This document shows, piece by piece, positions 7,808-18,500 of a DNA stretch of 64,000 nt. The DNA is taken from assembly GCA_963705295.1 (NCBI GenBank), contig OY970065.1, forward strand, positions 1,888,001 through 1,952,000, in the 5' to 3' direction. Below the pieces are notes generated by a model. It was given only the letters and a program-made list of their open reading frames with translations, did not search any database and had not been told where the DNA came from. The DNA comes from Parachlamydiales bacterium. GTDB taxonomy: Bacteria; Chlamydiota; Chlamydiia; Chlamydiales; Rhabdochlamydiaceae. Both the position numbers and the translations under genes were made by a program. Positions within the stretch are counted from its first letter, which is position 1, and every line of letters begins with the position of its first letter.

Positions 7808-10123
7808 ATGGCAAACAAAATCCATCGAGCGATTGCTGATTATGCACTGTACGATCCAGGATTCGATCAGGAATTGTATCCGAAGGCTCTTTGTACAGAG
7901 AAAGAAAATACCGTCTATTTGAAGCTCGATGCTTCTCAGGGTATTTCGTATACCGTAGCCGTCGATGAAACGGTGGGTCGTTTGGGAATCAATGGAGATT
8001 TAACCAAAAAAATTCGGATTCTTTTTCGAAGATTTAAATTACACGATATCGATCTTGCAGGATTGACACACAAAATCACGAGTACTACGGTCTCTTATGC
8101 TCCCGAAATACAGGCGGTTATTCAAGGGAATAAGCAGAAAGCTGCCTTGGCAATTAAACTCCGAGAAGTCTTACAAAGACAAGATTTTCAAGCAAAATAC
8201 AATTACAGAGTTGATCCTATTAAATTAGAGCAGAAAATAGCTAAAATCATAAGAGTTACTTTCGAAAATGAGTTGATTTTAGACGATGAAACCCAAGACG
8301 ATATCAATACACAAGCTGCTGAACTTTTTAAGGCTGGAATCCAGGCAACCCATCAGGCGAGAGATGAAGAAGTCGTTTTTCTTGTAGGAATCACCGGATC
8401 GGGAAAAAGTACTACCACCAATTTTTTGATGGGATGCGAGATGCACAGGGTGGATAAAAAGGTATTGGGAATTGAAAGCTTAAGTCCAAATCTTATCCTA
8501 GCAAAAAATCCCGTTGCAAGAATTGGCCATAAAGACACGTCTAAAACAAGTTACCCGACTGTGGTCAAAGGAAGTGAAAAACTAGCGTATTGCGACACTC
8601 CGGGCATGAGGGGCACACAGGGGAAAGCCACTGAAATCTACAATGCGCTGTGCATCAAGGAAATCATCGATCAATGCGAGATAGTCAAAGGTTTTCTTTT
8701 TCTGATCGAGCGGTCCAATTTAGAGGGTGGAAGAAACCAAGGCATTCTAGAGAATATCGAATTCCTCTTCCGTCTCTTGAAGGGAGATTTTGTGCGTCAC
8801 CAAAGGGCTATTTTATTCGTTGTGACGAAAGCAGATTCAAAAGAACTCGAAGCTGTGAAAAGTGCTTTAAAAAGCGCAGTCTCTAAAATTATTGCTGATA
8901 AATCACAACCTTTAGCCCTCCGAAAATTTACCAAACAGATCTTTGATTCTAATATACTCAACGAGAAGGTTGTCATTTGTGATCCGTGCGGTAAAACATG
9001 GCTGCTCAATAGACAAACCATCTTGGAGCACATCGAGCGATTTACCTACGATATCCATACAAAAGACTATGGATATCCCATCTCGGAGAAGGTTGAAGCA
9101 AAACTCGAACAAACTCGGACCTCTTTTATCTTCCATGCTCAGAATACCTTAAGACTCCTCCAAATAAAACTCCGTGAATATTACTTAGGCAAAACCGAAA
9201 AAACAGATGTGGAAGAGACAAAAAAGTATTTAGATGAAGTCACTGCTTTATTCACTGAATTCCAAGAAGAGTTGAGTCATTTCACCTCGGAGAAATACAA
9301 GGTTATTTCTGCAACCGTTGTCGATGAATTAAAAAAATGTCTCACTTACTGGGAAAAAATCAACGACATCAGCGATAGCAAGAAACCAAAAATTGAACAT
9401 CTCGAGCACCTGTTTGAGAGTCTGAAAAAGGAACTCGGAAGTCTCGTTCAGATCCTTGAGAAACGGTATTACGATCGGATGTTTGAGGTGATTAAAACGT
9501 CCTTAGAAGCAAAATTAGGAACGTATTGCATCCAAGATAAACTACCTGAACTCAGCAAGAACTTAAGTGCAGCTGACCTTGACAAGAAAACAGCTGCAGA
9601 ACTCACGGAACTTGTGGGTGCTCTTGTGAAGGAATCGAAAACCGAAGCTTTAAAATACGCCGACCACTTAGAAACCGTTTTATCCAAAGAGAAATCGAGA
9701 GTCTTAGAACTCAGAAACCTCATCCGAAACACTATTCTGGAGCCGTTTCACTTCGATGGGATTATTGTTCAACCGACCGCAAAACGGTTTACTTTAAATG
9801 AAGTCTTAAGACGAGTTAAAGACTCTATGGAAAAGCTGCAATATCTGAAGATCATTTGTTCCTTTGAGTCCGGAGATGGAACCCTCTATTTCAACGCCGA
9901 TTTGGCGGAATATAAAGGGAAAAATATCTTCATCCAAGCAGATCGAATAGAGGTGAAAGGAAACCCCTCGGTAGATCTCGGCTTCTCGATGTTCCTGGGA
10001 GGCGCTTTAGCGATCAAAGGAAAGCTCGTTGGAACCTGCGAAATTCGGGATAAACAGTTCATTCTGCATGAAAAAGATGAAACCCAAGAATTTAAAATCA
10101 TTCGATGCCAATGGCCGTTATAA
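7808..10123 (+). CDS. Large protein with a central P-loop GTPase domain and a helical C-terminal region
   Basis: G1 GITGSGKST, G3 DTPG, G4-like VVTKAD. GGAGG RBS before ATG 7808. Confidence 0.8.
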   Translation: MANKIHRAIADYALYDPGFDQELYPKALCTEKENTVYLKLDASQGISYTVAVDETVGRLGINGDLTKKIRILFRRFKLHDIDLAGLTHKITSTTVSYAPEIQAVIQGNKQKAALAIKLREVLQRQDFQAKYNYRVDPIKLEQKIAKIIRVTFENELILDDETQDDINTQAAELFKAGIQATHQARDEEVVFLVGITGSGKSTTTNFLMGCEMHRVDKKVLGIESLSPNLILAKNPVARIGHKDTSKTSYPTVVKGSEKLAYCDTPGMRGTQGKATEIYNALCIKEIIDQCEIVKGFLFLIERSNLEGGRNQGILENIEFLFRLLKGDFVRHQRAILFVVTKADSKELEAVKSALKSAVSKIIADKSQPLALRKFTKQIFDSNILNEKVVICDPCGKTWLLNRQTILEHIERFTYDIHTKDYGYPISEKVEAKLEQTRTSFIFHAQNTLRLLQIKLREYYLGKTEKTDVEETKKYLDEVTALFTEFQEELSHFTSEKYKVISATVVDELKKCLTYWEKINDISDSKKPKIEHLEHLFESLKKELGSLVQILEKRYYDRMFEVIKTSLEAKLGTYCIQDKLPELSKNLSAADLDKKTAAELTELVGALVKESKTEALKYADHLETVLSKEKSRVLELRNLIRNTILEPFHFDGIIVQPTAKRFTLNEVLRRVKDSMEKLQYLKIICSFESGDGTLYFNADLAEYKGKNIFIQADRIEVKGNPSVDLGFSMFLGGALAIKGKLVGTCEIRDKQFILHEKDETQEFKIIRCQWPL

Positions 10124-10145
10124 GGGCCACTTATAGGAGGAAATT

Positions 10146-11399
10146 ATGGCAACAATTGTAACAGGTGTCGTTGTAAAAAATCTGTTAGACGATTTTTTTA
10201 ATAAGACCAATCAAACCATCACCCATTTAGGGAATGAAGGCCGTTATCTCGAAATGGAAGCGGGCGTCCAACTGAGGCAAACCATTGAAGCAGCAAAATT
10301 GGCCTACGCAGATTCTCTAGAGCTTACTGAGAGTAAAGTCAATACCACGGTAAAAAATACCCTTTCACAATTACAATCTCTCGTCGATGGTTTTCAGGCT
10401 AAAAACAAAGAGATTCTCGAAAGTTTGGCAACCAGGTCCCAGCAGGTCGCCAATTCTCTCCCTTTCCATAATGATACACCTCAACTTTCCATCGTAAAAC
10501 CGCGGTATGTTCTAAGAACAGACGATTCTCCCATCAAATTCACCTTCATTGGCAACTTCGAACATGCCAAAACACTCTCCCCCACTCTCAAATTTAAAAC
10601 ACATGCTTTTCAGCCCGTTCACGTAACAACCCAGCAACTGGAATTCTCTGTAAAACCGAGCGAAATTTTTTCTGGAACATCCAATACCAAATTGATTTCC
10701 TTTACCGAAGGGACACTCGAGATTCCATACCCTTCCAAGGGCCTCCTTTCAAGCCAACTGACAGCGATTTTTCGAATCACCATCGGTTCTCTTCCTCCCA
10801 CCCCAGGAACCATAAAATTAGATTACACAGAAACGTTATCAAAAAGGGTTACCCAGTCCAAACAGTCGAGCAACAAACATTTAGATTCTTGCAAATACAG
10901 CCCGAGACACAGCTCTCCAAATAACGCGATCGGAGGTCATAATAATAATGAAGACCAAGATTTCTATTTGGATGCTACACCCGGCTGGACAATCATACAA
11001 GAGACAGTTGGTATAACCGGCCCTACAGCACGCGGTACCTACCAGGGTCCTAAGCGTATAAATCAAAATAATCCAACAAGAGTGACTTATAATGTCAAAA
11101 CAGAGCATATAAGTGCCGGCACCTCAGGCATTATCGACTTTTGCATTCGATTTGAGGAAGAACAGAATCAGCAATATCCAAAGGATCAAACGACTTCGTA
11201 CGATGTGAAATGGGGTGATCAAAAAACCTTCGTCCCTGCAGCGAATTGGTTGAGTTGGAAACTCACTTTCGAATGTTTCGATAACCGTCATATTGAATTT
11301 GTCGGTGCAGATAGTAAAGATCCTTATCTCAAAATCGAATCCCAAGGAAATGGTTATGCGATCCGAGCGGTGCGACTGTCAGAATTAGATCGACTCTAA
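10146..11399 (+). CDS. Hypothetical 417 aa protein (helical N-terminus, beta-rich remainder)
   Basis: AGGAGG RBS; starts 22 nt after the GTPase gene; long clean ORF. Confidence 0.8.
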   Translation: MATIVTGVVVKNLLDDFFNKTNQTITHLGNEGRYLEMEAGVQLRQTIEAAKLAYADSLELTESKVNTTVKNTLSQLQSLVDGFQAKNKEILESLATRSQQVANSLPFHNDTPQLSIVKPRYVLRTDDSPIKFTFIGNFEHAKTLSPTLKFKTHAFQPVHVTTQQLEFSVKPSEIFSGTSNTKLISFTEGTLEIPYPSKGLLSSQLTAIFRITIGSLPPTPGTIKLDYTETLSKRVTQSKQSSNKHLDSCKYSPRHSSPNNAIGGHNNNEDQDFYLDATPGWTIIQETVGITGPTARGTYQGPKRINQNNPTRVTYNVKTEHISAGTSGIIDFCIRFEEEQNQQYPKDQTTSYDVKWGDQKTFVPAANWLSWKLTFECFDNRHIEFVGADSKDPYLKIESQGNGYAIRAVRLSELDRL

Positions 11400-11457
11400 T
11401 AATTCTTTCATTAAATTATTTTTTAGGACTAATCTTGTTCCGAAAAAGGAGAGTCTT

Positions 11458-11768
11458 ATGTCAGCTGTAGCAGTCGTAAAATCACCCACAGTTACTACCG
11501 GGAGCGTCAATGCGGATTTCGAACAACAACCCATTCTTGGAGGACAACTCCAACAACGGAGATATCAAAGGATGACCCTTTGCGATGGAATCATGTATCT
11601 TGTAGGAACCATGGTAGGGGCTATAACGGTTTTTGCCGTCACACAAATTCAAATCTGCAACCTCTTCTCATGTTAGGGGGCGGTTTCACGATTGGAGCCA
11701 ATGCGATCGGATTTGCAAGAGCAATGGTATCCGTAAGAAATAATGAGGATCAAAGTTTCTTCGGATAA
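11458..11768 (+). pseudogene. Small membrane protein with a bilobed hydrophobic domain (Inc-like), split by a 1-nt frameshift near 11651
   Basis: AAGGAG RBS. The first hydrophobic helix lies in ORF 11458-11676 and the second in overlapping frame 11580-11768; adding one A in CAAATCTG joins them. Confidence 0.5.
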
Positions 11769-11835
11769 AGGTATATCTTGCAATGGGCAAAACAAAGTGT
11801 TATGGGGAAGTAAAGTTTTAATTTGAGGAGAATTT

Positions 11836-13722
11836 ATGCGGTTATGGAAGTTTGTTTTATTAACCCGGAACGCAAAAAAGAGACAAGATGCGCTGCGAGG
11901 CAAAGCCAGATTGATTCTCGCGAGGCATACATTCTTGAATACGAAGGATTCCGAGCGAGAATCGATATGGCGAAGCCGCAGCCAGCAGGTTGTCTCTTTT
12001 TTGCGTTCCGGGTTAATAACCCTTTTTATCCCTGGTCTTGTTCTGGCAAAGGATACTATTTCCCCTACTTTATTGGTGGAAGCCGATTATGTGATTATTG
12101 GAGCAGGGACGAGTGGTGCAACGCTAGCCGCCAAGCTTTCTGATCGAGATCCGAAGACTGGGAAGTTTAAAAATAGAGTTCTTGTTTTAGAAGCGGGGGT
12201 GAATTTAACAACCGATTCTGAAGTTCTTGCAAGCAACCTTTTCGCAACAACGCCTCTGGCTTTCGATCCAAAATACTCAAAAATGTACACCCCTCTTCTC
12301 ATGGATGATGTGGAAGGTCCTTATACGGATGGAAGAATGTGGGGAGGAAGTTCGGGTCATAATGGGTTGCAAGCCTATCGGGGCACCCCTTCTCTTTATA
12401 ATCAATGGGCGGCGATATCCCAAGATAATCGTTGGTTATATAAGAAGTTGCTGAAAAATGTGATGAAAAAAATGGAGCATTATACTCCGAATGGGACCAC
12501 TGTGGATCGTCAGCAAAGAGGAACGAAGGGGCCTCTTTTTATTACACAAGAGCCTCCTCTCAATACCGATCCTTTCATGATCGCCGTTTCTAAAGGGACG
12601 AATGCACCTCTTGTAGATGATCTCAATGATCCTACTCTGGGAGATGTTGGAATCGGAGCGAATCAAGATTGGGTGACCCCTCCTTTTCTAGGCCCCAAGA
12701 GCATCCGGTCATTTTCAGGAAATTCTTATTTGAGAGGAATACCTGGTAAAGGAATTAAGCCGATCGTGACTAAAACTGGGTTTGGAAGAAAAGGGAGACT
12801 GCTCCGTGTTGTATCGAATGCCGTTGTCAGTCGTATCGTGTTTGATGATACGAATACGGCAACCAGTGTCGAGTTCATCCTCAGTGAATCTTCAGAAACG
12901 GTCCGCAGTGTCAAGGTGAATAAGAAAGTGATTGTGTGTGCGGGTGCCATTCAAGATGCTGCTATCTTACAAAGATCGGGTATTGGTGATCAATCCCTGC
13001 TCCAATCTTTGGGTATTCCGGTCGTGTTCGACAATCCTAATGTCGGCGCCAACATGCAAAACCATTACGGCCCGGAAGCGATTATCGGAGGTCCAGTGAC
13101 AGGCGTGTCACCACCGCGTGTCGGCAGTGGATTTATCGATCTTTCTCCCTTCATGTCCCCAGGAGTCCGTCGTTATCAACTTTTTATGACAAATGCATTT
13201 TTCTTTTTCCCCGCAGGTATATCGAGTGCTTTGGGAATAACGTCGGGGAGTGTTGTTGCAGGCACAAATGTGACTCCACAGAGTACGGGTCTTATTCAAA
13301 TTGTGAGTCAGAGTCCATTCGACGATCCACGGATCAACATGAATTTTTATTCGGACGGACCCTACACAACTCCTGGTACAGATGCTTATAAAGCCGTTGC
13401 TTTTTATAAGATCATGCAAAGTGTTGCCGCTGCAAATGGGGGAACTGTTCTCTATCCTCCTCCTGCAGATTATGCAGCCGGTGATGCAGCTCTGTTTAAT
13501 GATGCTGTTAACACGAACTTTTATGCATACCACTTTTGCGGAACATGTCGCATGGGCTCGTCGCCAGAAAACGGCGTTGTTGACTCTAAGCTCAATGTCT
13601 TTGGAGTTTCCAATGTGATGGTCGCAAGTTGCTCAGTTGCTCCTGTGATCAACGATGGCAATACAGCGTACATTGCCTTCGTCATTGGTTTGGAAGCCGC
13701 TCGAATTTTAGGTGCTCCCTAA
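11836..13722 (+). CDS. GMC family FAD-dependent oxidoreductase (glucose-methanol-choline type) with an in-frame palindromic insertion in its signal peptide
   Basis: DYVIIGAGTSG FAD motif, VLVLEAG, GRMWGGSS, LQRSGIG, VGANMQNH, YHFCGTCRMG and GNT. GAGGAG RBS. Confidence 0.9.
   Translation: MRLWKFVLLTRNAKKRQDALRGKARLILARHTFLNTKDSERESIWRSRSQQVVSFLRSGLITLFIPGLVLAKDTISPTLLVEADYVIIGAGTSGATLAAKLSDRDPKTGKFKNRVLVLEAGVNLTTDSEVLASNLFATTPLAFDPKYSKMYTPLLMDDVEGPYTDGRMWGGSSGHNGLQAYRGTPSLYNQWAAISQDNRWLYKKLLKNVMKKMEHYTPNGTTVDRQQRGTKGPLFITQEPPLNTDPFMIAVSKGTNAPLVDDLNDPTLGDVGIGANQDWVTPPFLGPKSIRSFSGNSYLRGIPGKGIKPIVTKTGFGRKGRLLRVVSNAVVSRIVFDDTNTATSVEFILSESSETVRSVKVNKKVIVCAGAIQDAAILQRSGIGDQSLLQSLGIPVVFDNPNVGANMQNHYGPEAIIGGPVTGVSPPRVGSGFIDLSPFMSPGVRRYQLFMTNAFFFFPAGISSALGITSGSVVAGTNVTPQSTGLIQIVSQSPFDDPRINMNFYSDGPYTTPGTDAYKAVAFYKIMQSVAAANGGTVLYPPPADYAAGDAALFNDAVNTNFYAYHFCGTCRMGSSPENGVVDSKLNVFGVSNVMVASCSVAPVINDGNTAYIAFVIGLEAARILGAP
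11857..12019. mobile_element. Non-autonomous palindromic element (MITE / Rickettsia-palindromic-element-like)
   Basis: Perfect 30-bp inverted repeat TTATTAACCCGGAACGCAAAAAAGAGACAA at 11857-11886 and 11990-12019, with an internal stem GATTCTCGC/GCGAGAATC. Net insertion of 153 nt including a TA (or TTAA) duplication. Confidence 0.85.
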
Positions 13723-13768
13723 CTGCACTTCCTGTAACATCTTCGCAAAAAATTTGTGAGGATGGGTT

Positions 13769-14821
13769 ATGGCAACGGTGAGTTTAGTAAAATCAATTCC
13801 AGGAGAAGCGGACTATCAGAAGGGTCTTGCCTGTGAAAAGGCCAAGGTGAATGAGGCATTTCTTTGTTATCAACGAGCAGCTCTGGAAGGACATGTGCTG
13901 GCGCAAGTACAGCTAGGCTTTTTCTATAGCAGGGGGCTCGGTGTTGCGGCAAATCAGGGTGAGGCATTTAGATGGTTGAAGAAAGCGGCCGATCAAGGGG
14001 ATGCCCATGCGGAGTGTTGGGTGGGAGATTGTTATCTCAAAGGGAATGGTGTCAAAAGAGATGTGAAAATGGCTTTTGAATGGTTTAAAAAGGGAGCAGA
14101 GAAAGGAGAACCCACTGCACAGTGTCATCTTGGACTCTGTTATGTGAATGGAGAAGGAGCCCTGAAAGATAAAGAAGAAGCTTTTAAATGGTTCAAAAAA
14201 GCAGCCGAAGAAGGAGAGGGTGTTGCGCACTACCATTTAGGACTATGTTACCAGAATGGAACAGGTGTTGAAAAAAATCTTCATTTGGCAATGGAGTGTT
14301 ACAGAGAAGCCGGCGCAGATGAAAAGTTGAGGGAAATCAAAAATACACTCAGTGCCATCGGCAGGGAAAAATGGATCCGCTTCCTTTCTTACGAGATTGG
14401 TGAAGAACCCCCTATTCCCACACAGACGATAGAGACATACGTCTTGATTCCAAAAGGGATGACTTACAACCTATTATCACAACTTGTAAAAACGAACACC
14501 AAAGCTCCAGGATTATCCATTGATCCACGCATTTTAAAAGAATTGGGTGATGTTCCTGCTCCCACGTCGTACTGGGCCAACATCAGCGGAGACAAACCTC
14601 CCAAAATGGTGGAAGCGGTGATCACCTTTTTGATCGATTCTTTCCAAACCGAATCTCGTTGGATAAAACCCCACTATACCGTTTGCGAAGAACAGCTCAG
14701 GGATGGATCTCCCGTTGTTGTTGGGAAATTGAATGAACCATGTCCCGAATATCCTCTCTATGGCCGCAACCAACTCACCATTGGTACAACTTTAGGTCGT
14801 TTCTTGGACAACCCATTCTAG
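13769..14821 (+). CDS. Sel1-like repeat (SLR/TPR) protein with an unknown C-terminal domain
   Basis: About four repeats of AQxxLGxxYxxGxGVxxxxxxAxxWxKKAA. Confidence 0.9.
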   Translation: MATVSLVKSIPGEADYQKGLACEKAKVNEAFLCYQRAALEGHVLAQVQLGFFYSRGLGVAANQGEAFRWLKKAADQGDAHAECWVGDCYLKGNGVKRDVKMAFEWFKKGAEKGEPTAQCHLGLCYVNGEGALKDKEEAFKWFKKAAEEGEGVAHYHLGLCYQNGTGVEKNLHLAMECYREAGADEKLREIKNTLSAIGREKWIRFLSYEIGEEPPIPTQTIETYVLIPKGMTYNLLSQLVKTNTKAPGLSIDPRILKELGDVPAPTSYWANISGDKPPKMVEAVITFLIDSFQTESRWIKPHYTVCEEQLRDGSPVVVGKLNEPCPEYPLYGRNQLTIGTTLGRFLDNPF

Positions 14822-15333
14822 GTAAGCTGGGCTGCATGTGTGGATGAAAATACAATTGTTCTCGAACTTGAAACTTCTCTACTGAGAGTGGTATTTTTAC
14901 TACGAAGTTCTGTGACTTGTTGTTTAAGCCTAGCATTTTCGTCTAGGGTTTCTTGTGCAAGAGCTCCGGTCATTTCTTGTATGGCTCTGGCGATGCTCTC
15001 TTGGGCTTGTTGAATAAATTGCAATTCGGGTTTTTGATAATGCTGTCTGACATAATTCAAACCGAGATGGGCGCTGCGTATTAATTCGATTTTTGTGATG
15101 AGAGGATCGGTGCTTGCTTTCAAATCTATGATAGAATGATCAACGAGCACGGGAAGGTTTTTTAAACTGTAGCTTCCTTTTGTAAAATATGAAAAATACG
15201 CTCCCCTATCTTGTAACCAGATGGAATTTGGGTATATGACAAGGATCGAATTTGCATGTTGAGGAGCTCTTAAACATGTCAGTTGGAGAAAAATATCTTT
15301 ATATCCATTCGGGGTTGGGAAACCAATTGCCAT
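14818..15333 (-). CDS. Hypothetical protein with a C-terminal coiled coil
   Basis: 171 aa ORF with an AAGGAG RBS; heptad-like ETLDENARLKQQVTELRSKN. Confidence 0.7.
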   Translation of the reverse strand: MAIGFPTPNGYKDIFLQLTCLRAPQHANSILVIYPNSIWLQDRGAYFSYFTKGSYSLKNLPVLVDHSIIDLKASTDPLITKIELIRSAHLGLNYVRQHYQKPELQFIQQAQESIARAIQEMTGALAQETLDENARLKQQVTELRSKNTTLSREVSSSRTIVFSSTHAAQLT

Positions 15334-15421
15334 AGAAGCTCCTTTTTATAGCCCCCGATAATAAGTCTTTTTTGGAAAAAAATCAAATCTTAACTGATCC
15401 AAGTAACTAATTTTCTTGAGC

Positions 15422-15450
15422 TTGAAATTTGTTTTGTTTTTTTGTAGACT
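15422..15450 (+). promoter_or_regulatory. Sigma70/sigma66-type promoter for nrdAB
   Basis: TTGAAA-N17-TAGACT immediately upstream of the NrdR boxes. Confidence 0.65.
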
Positions 15451-15462
15451 TTAGGACTTTCG

Positions 15463-15510
15463 CTACTATATATGGTGTGTTTAAGAGCATTTGACTACTA
15501 GCTATGGTAG
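15463..15510 (+). promoter_or_regulatory. Tandem NrdR boxes
   Basis: CTACTATATATGGTGT (15463-15478) and CTACTAGCTATGGTAG (15495-15510), 32 bp apart start to start. Both resemble the acaCwAtATaTwGtg consensus and lie upstream of nrdA. Confidence 0.8.
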
Positions 15511-15560
15511 AGAGCGCTCGAGTTGAGTTCTATAAAAAATCATAAAAGAGAGTGTCCGCC

Positions 15561-18500
15561 ATGTCAAAAAAATCTGCTACTGCCTCCCAGTTCGAGCTGA
15601 TCTCTTCTTTGAAAGAGAAAGCACCGACCGTTGGAACGTATACGGTTGTTAAACGGGATGGAACGATTGTTCCATTCAGAAGAGAGAGAATCCAACGAGC
15701 CATTGATCTGGCTTTTCACGACACAAAAAAAGTTTCGTTTGAAATTTCTCTTTCGGACGATATTTTGCTGGAGGTGGAGAAAGTCACTGACCGGGTGATC
15801 CAAGAACTGGTGACACAATCGGCGAAAGGGGCCAGTTTGACGGTGGAAGGGATTCAAGACATGGTCGAAGTGATTCTCATGAAAATGGGGCATCACGATG
15901 TGGCGCGCGATTATATCATCTACAGAGACCAACACAAATATCTCCGGGACGACTCTCCTCGCCACTTGAAAGTCCAAAGAAAGGACGGATCTCTCGTCCG
16001 TTTCAATCCAATGAAAGTGGCCGCTTCGATTGAAGAGGCCTTCAGGAGGGCCGAGAGTATTGAAGGACAAACTCCTCCTAAAATCATCGAAGCGGTGAAC
16101 ACGCTGACACAAAAAATTGTAGCACGGGCTCTTGGTGCAAAAATAACTCTCCACGTTTCCTCGATCCAAGATGAGATCGAAACGCAGCTCATGAAGGAAG
16201 GGTATTTTCTCGTTGCGAAAGATTATATTTTATACCGGGCGTCCCAAGGAGAAGAACAGCAAAGTATCGAAAAGCCGGCAGACGGGAAACGGGAATTTAC
16301 CATTGTCACCGAAGATGGCTCGACACGGGTGATCAAAGAAACCCATCTGAAACGGCGGATTCAACATGCGTGCCGAGATTTGCCGGAAGTATCAGCTGAG
16401 GAACTTTTAGAAAACTTGATCCTCCATTTTTACGAGGGGATGAAAGAAGCTGAGGTGGATCAAGCAGCCCTGATGGCGGCTCGCACCAAGATCGAGATCG
16501 ATCCAGCCTATTCGAAAGTCGCAGCACGCCTTCTCTGCGACATCCTCTACCGAGAAGCAATGGATACAAGCGCTGCGGATAATTCTCTTGCTAAAGCCCA
16601 TCGAGATTATTTCAAAAAATATATTAAGTTCGGAATCTCCATTCAACGGATCAGCCCCTCCCTTCTTGAGTTTGATCTCGACAAACTCGCGCAAGCGATG
16701 GATCTCAAGCGGGATGATCTGTTCTCCTATTTGGGACTCCAAACCCTCTATGACCGGTACTTCATCCACAACCAAGAAAGACGGCTTGAAACACCCCAGA
16801 TCTTCTGGATGCGGGTCGCCATGGGGCTGGCTCTTTGCGAAGGAGAGAATAAACACGAAAAAGCGATCGAATTCTACCACCAACTCTCTCAATTCTACTT
16901 CACCTCTGCAACACCCACCCTCTTTAACTCTGGGACAACCCACTCGCAACTCAGCTCATGCTACCTCTCCACCACCATGGACGATCTATCCCACATCTTC
17001 AAAATCGTCTCCGATGATGCCCAGCTCTCCAAATGGGCCGGCGGCATTGGCAACGACTGGACCAACGTCCGCGCCACCGGATCGATGATCAAAGGAACCA
17101 ACGGCCGCAGCCAAGGAATCATCCCGTTCCTCAAAGTCGCGAATGATACCGCCGTAGCAGTTAACCAGGGCGGAAAACGTAAGGGGGCGATGTGTGCGTA
17201 TTTGGAGACGTGGCACCTCGATATCGAGGACTTTTTGGAGCTGCGGAAGAACACGGGGGATGAGAGGAGGCGGACGCATGACATGAACACGGCGAATTGG
17301 ATTCCCGATCTGTTCATGAAGCGGATTGCTGAAAATGGGAATTGGACGCTGTTTAGTCCGAGCGACACGCCCGATTTGCATGATCTGTACGGGAAGGCGT
17401 TTGAGAAGCGGTACGAAGAGTATGAGAAAATGGCCGAGGTGGGCAAGATCAAGCTGCACAAGAAGGTTGAAGCGGTTGACTTGTGGCGCAAAATGCTCAG
17501 CATGCTTTTTGAGACGGGCCACCCTTGGATCACGTTCAAAGATCCGTCGAATATTCGCTCGCCGCAAGACCATGTCGGAGTGGTCCATAGCTCGAATCTG
17601 TGTACAGAGATTTTATTGAATACGTCTAAAGAAGAGACAGCCGTGTGCAATTTGGGTTCGATCAATTTGGCTCTCCACTGCACACCGAAAGGGATCGATG
17701 AAAAGAGGCTGGCCGCAACAATTCGAACTGCAGTACGGATGCTCGACAATGTCATCGATATCAATTTTTATCCGATCCAAGAGGCTCAAAACTCGAACGT
17801 GCACCACCGGCCTATTGGGCTTGGCATCATGGGATTCCAAGATGCTCTGTATATCCAAGATATCAGCTACGCCAGCCATGAAGCGGTTGAATTTGCCGAC
17901 AAGTGCATGGAGATGATTTCCTACTATGCGATTTTAGCATCGAGCGAACTTGCCAAGGAGCGGGGCACCTACAGCACTTACAAAGGATCGAAATGGGACC
18001 GGGGCCTTCTCCCCATCGACACCCTTGAGCTTCTGACAAGAGCACCGGGGAAGCAATCTCGAAGTCGATCGTACGGTCCGTATGGATTGGAAAGTGGTGC
18101 GCGATTCGATTAAGAAACACGGGATGCGCAATAGCAACACGATGGCGATTGCACCGACGGCTACCATTTCCAATATCACGGGAATCACCCAGTCAATCGA
18201 GCCGATGTATAAACATCTCTTTGTGAAATCGAATCTCTCGGGGGAGTTCACCGTTCCGAATACTTACTTGGTGGAAAAACTGAAATAGCTCGGTCTTTGG
18301 GATCAAGAGATGCTCGATGATCTCAAATATTTCGATGGCTCGATTGCTGAAATCGAGCGGATCCCTGAAGAGGTCAAACGGGTCTATCTCAACGCGTTTG
18401 AAATCGATCCTGAATGGGTGATCGAATGCGCCAGTCGGAGACAAAAATGGATCGATATGGGACAATCCCTCAACCTCTATATTGCGGAACCTAGCGGCAA

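Noticed and set aside
18025..18045. Programmed frameshift or stop readthrough in nrdA
   Set aside because: CTTCTGACA is not the prfB CTT-TGA motif, no slippery heptamer is evident, and four independent recoding events in 730 bp are implausible.
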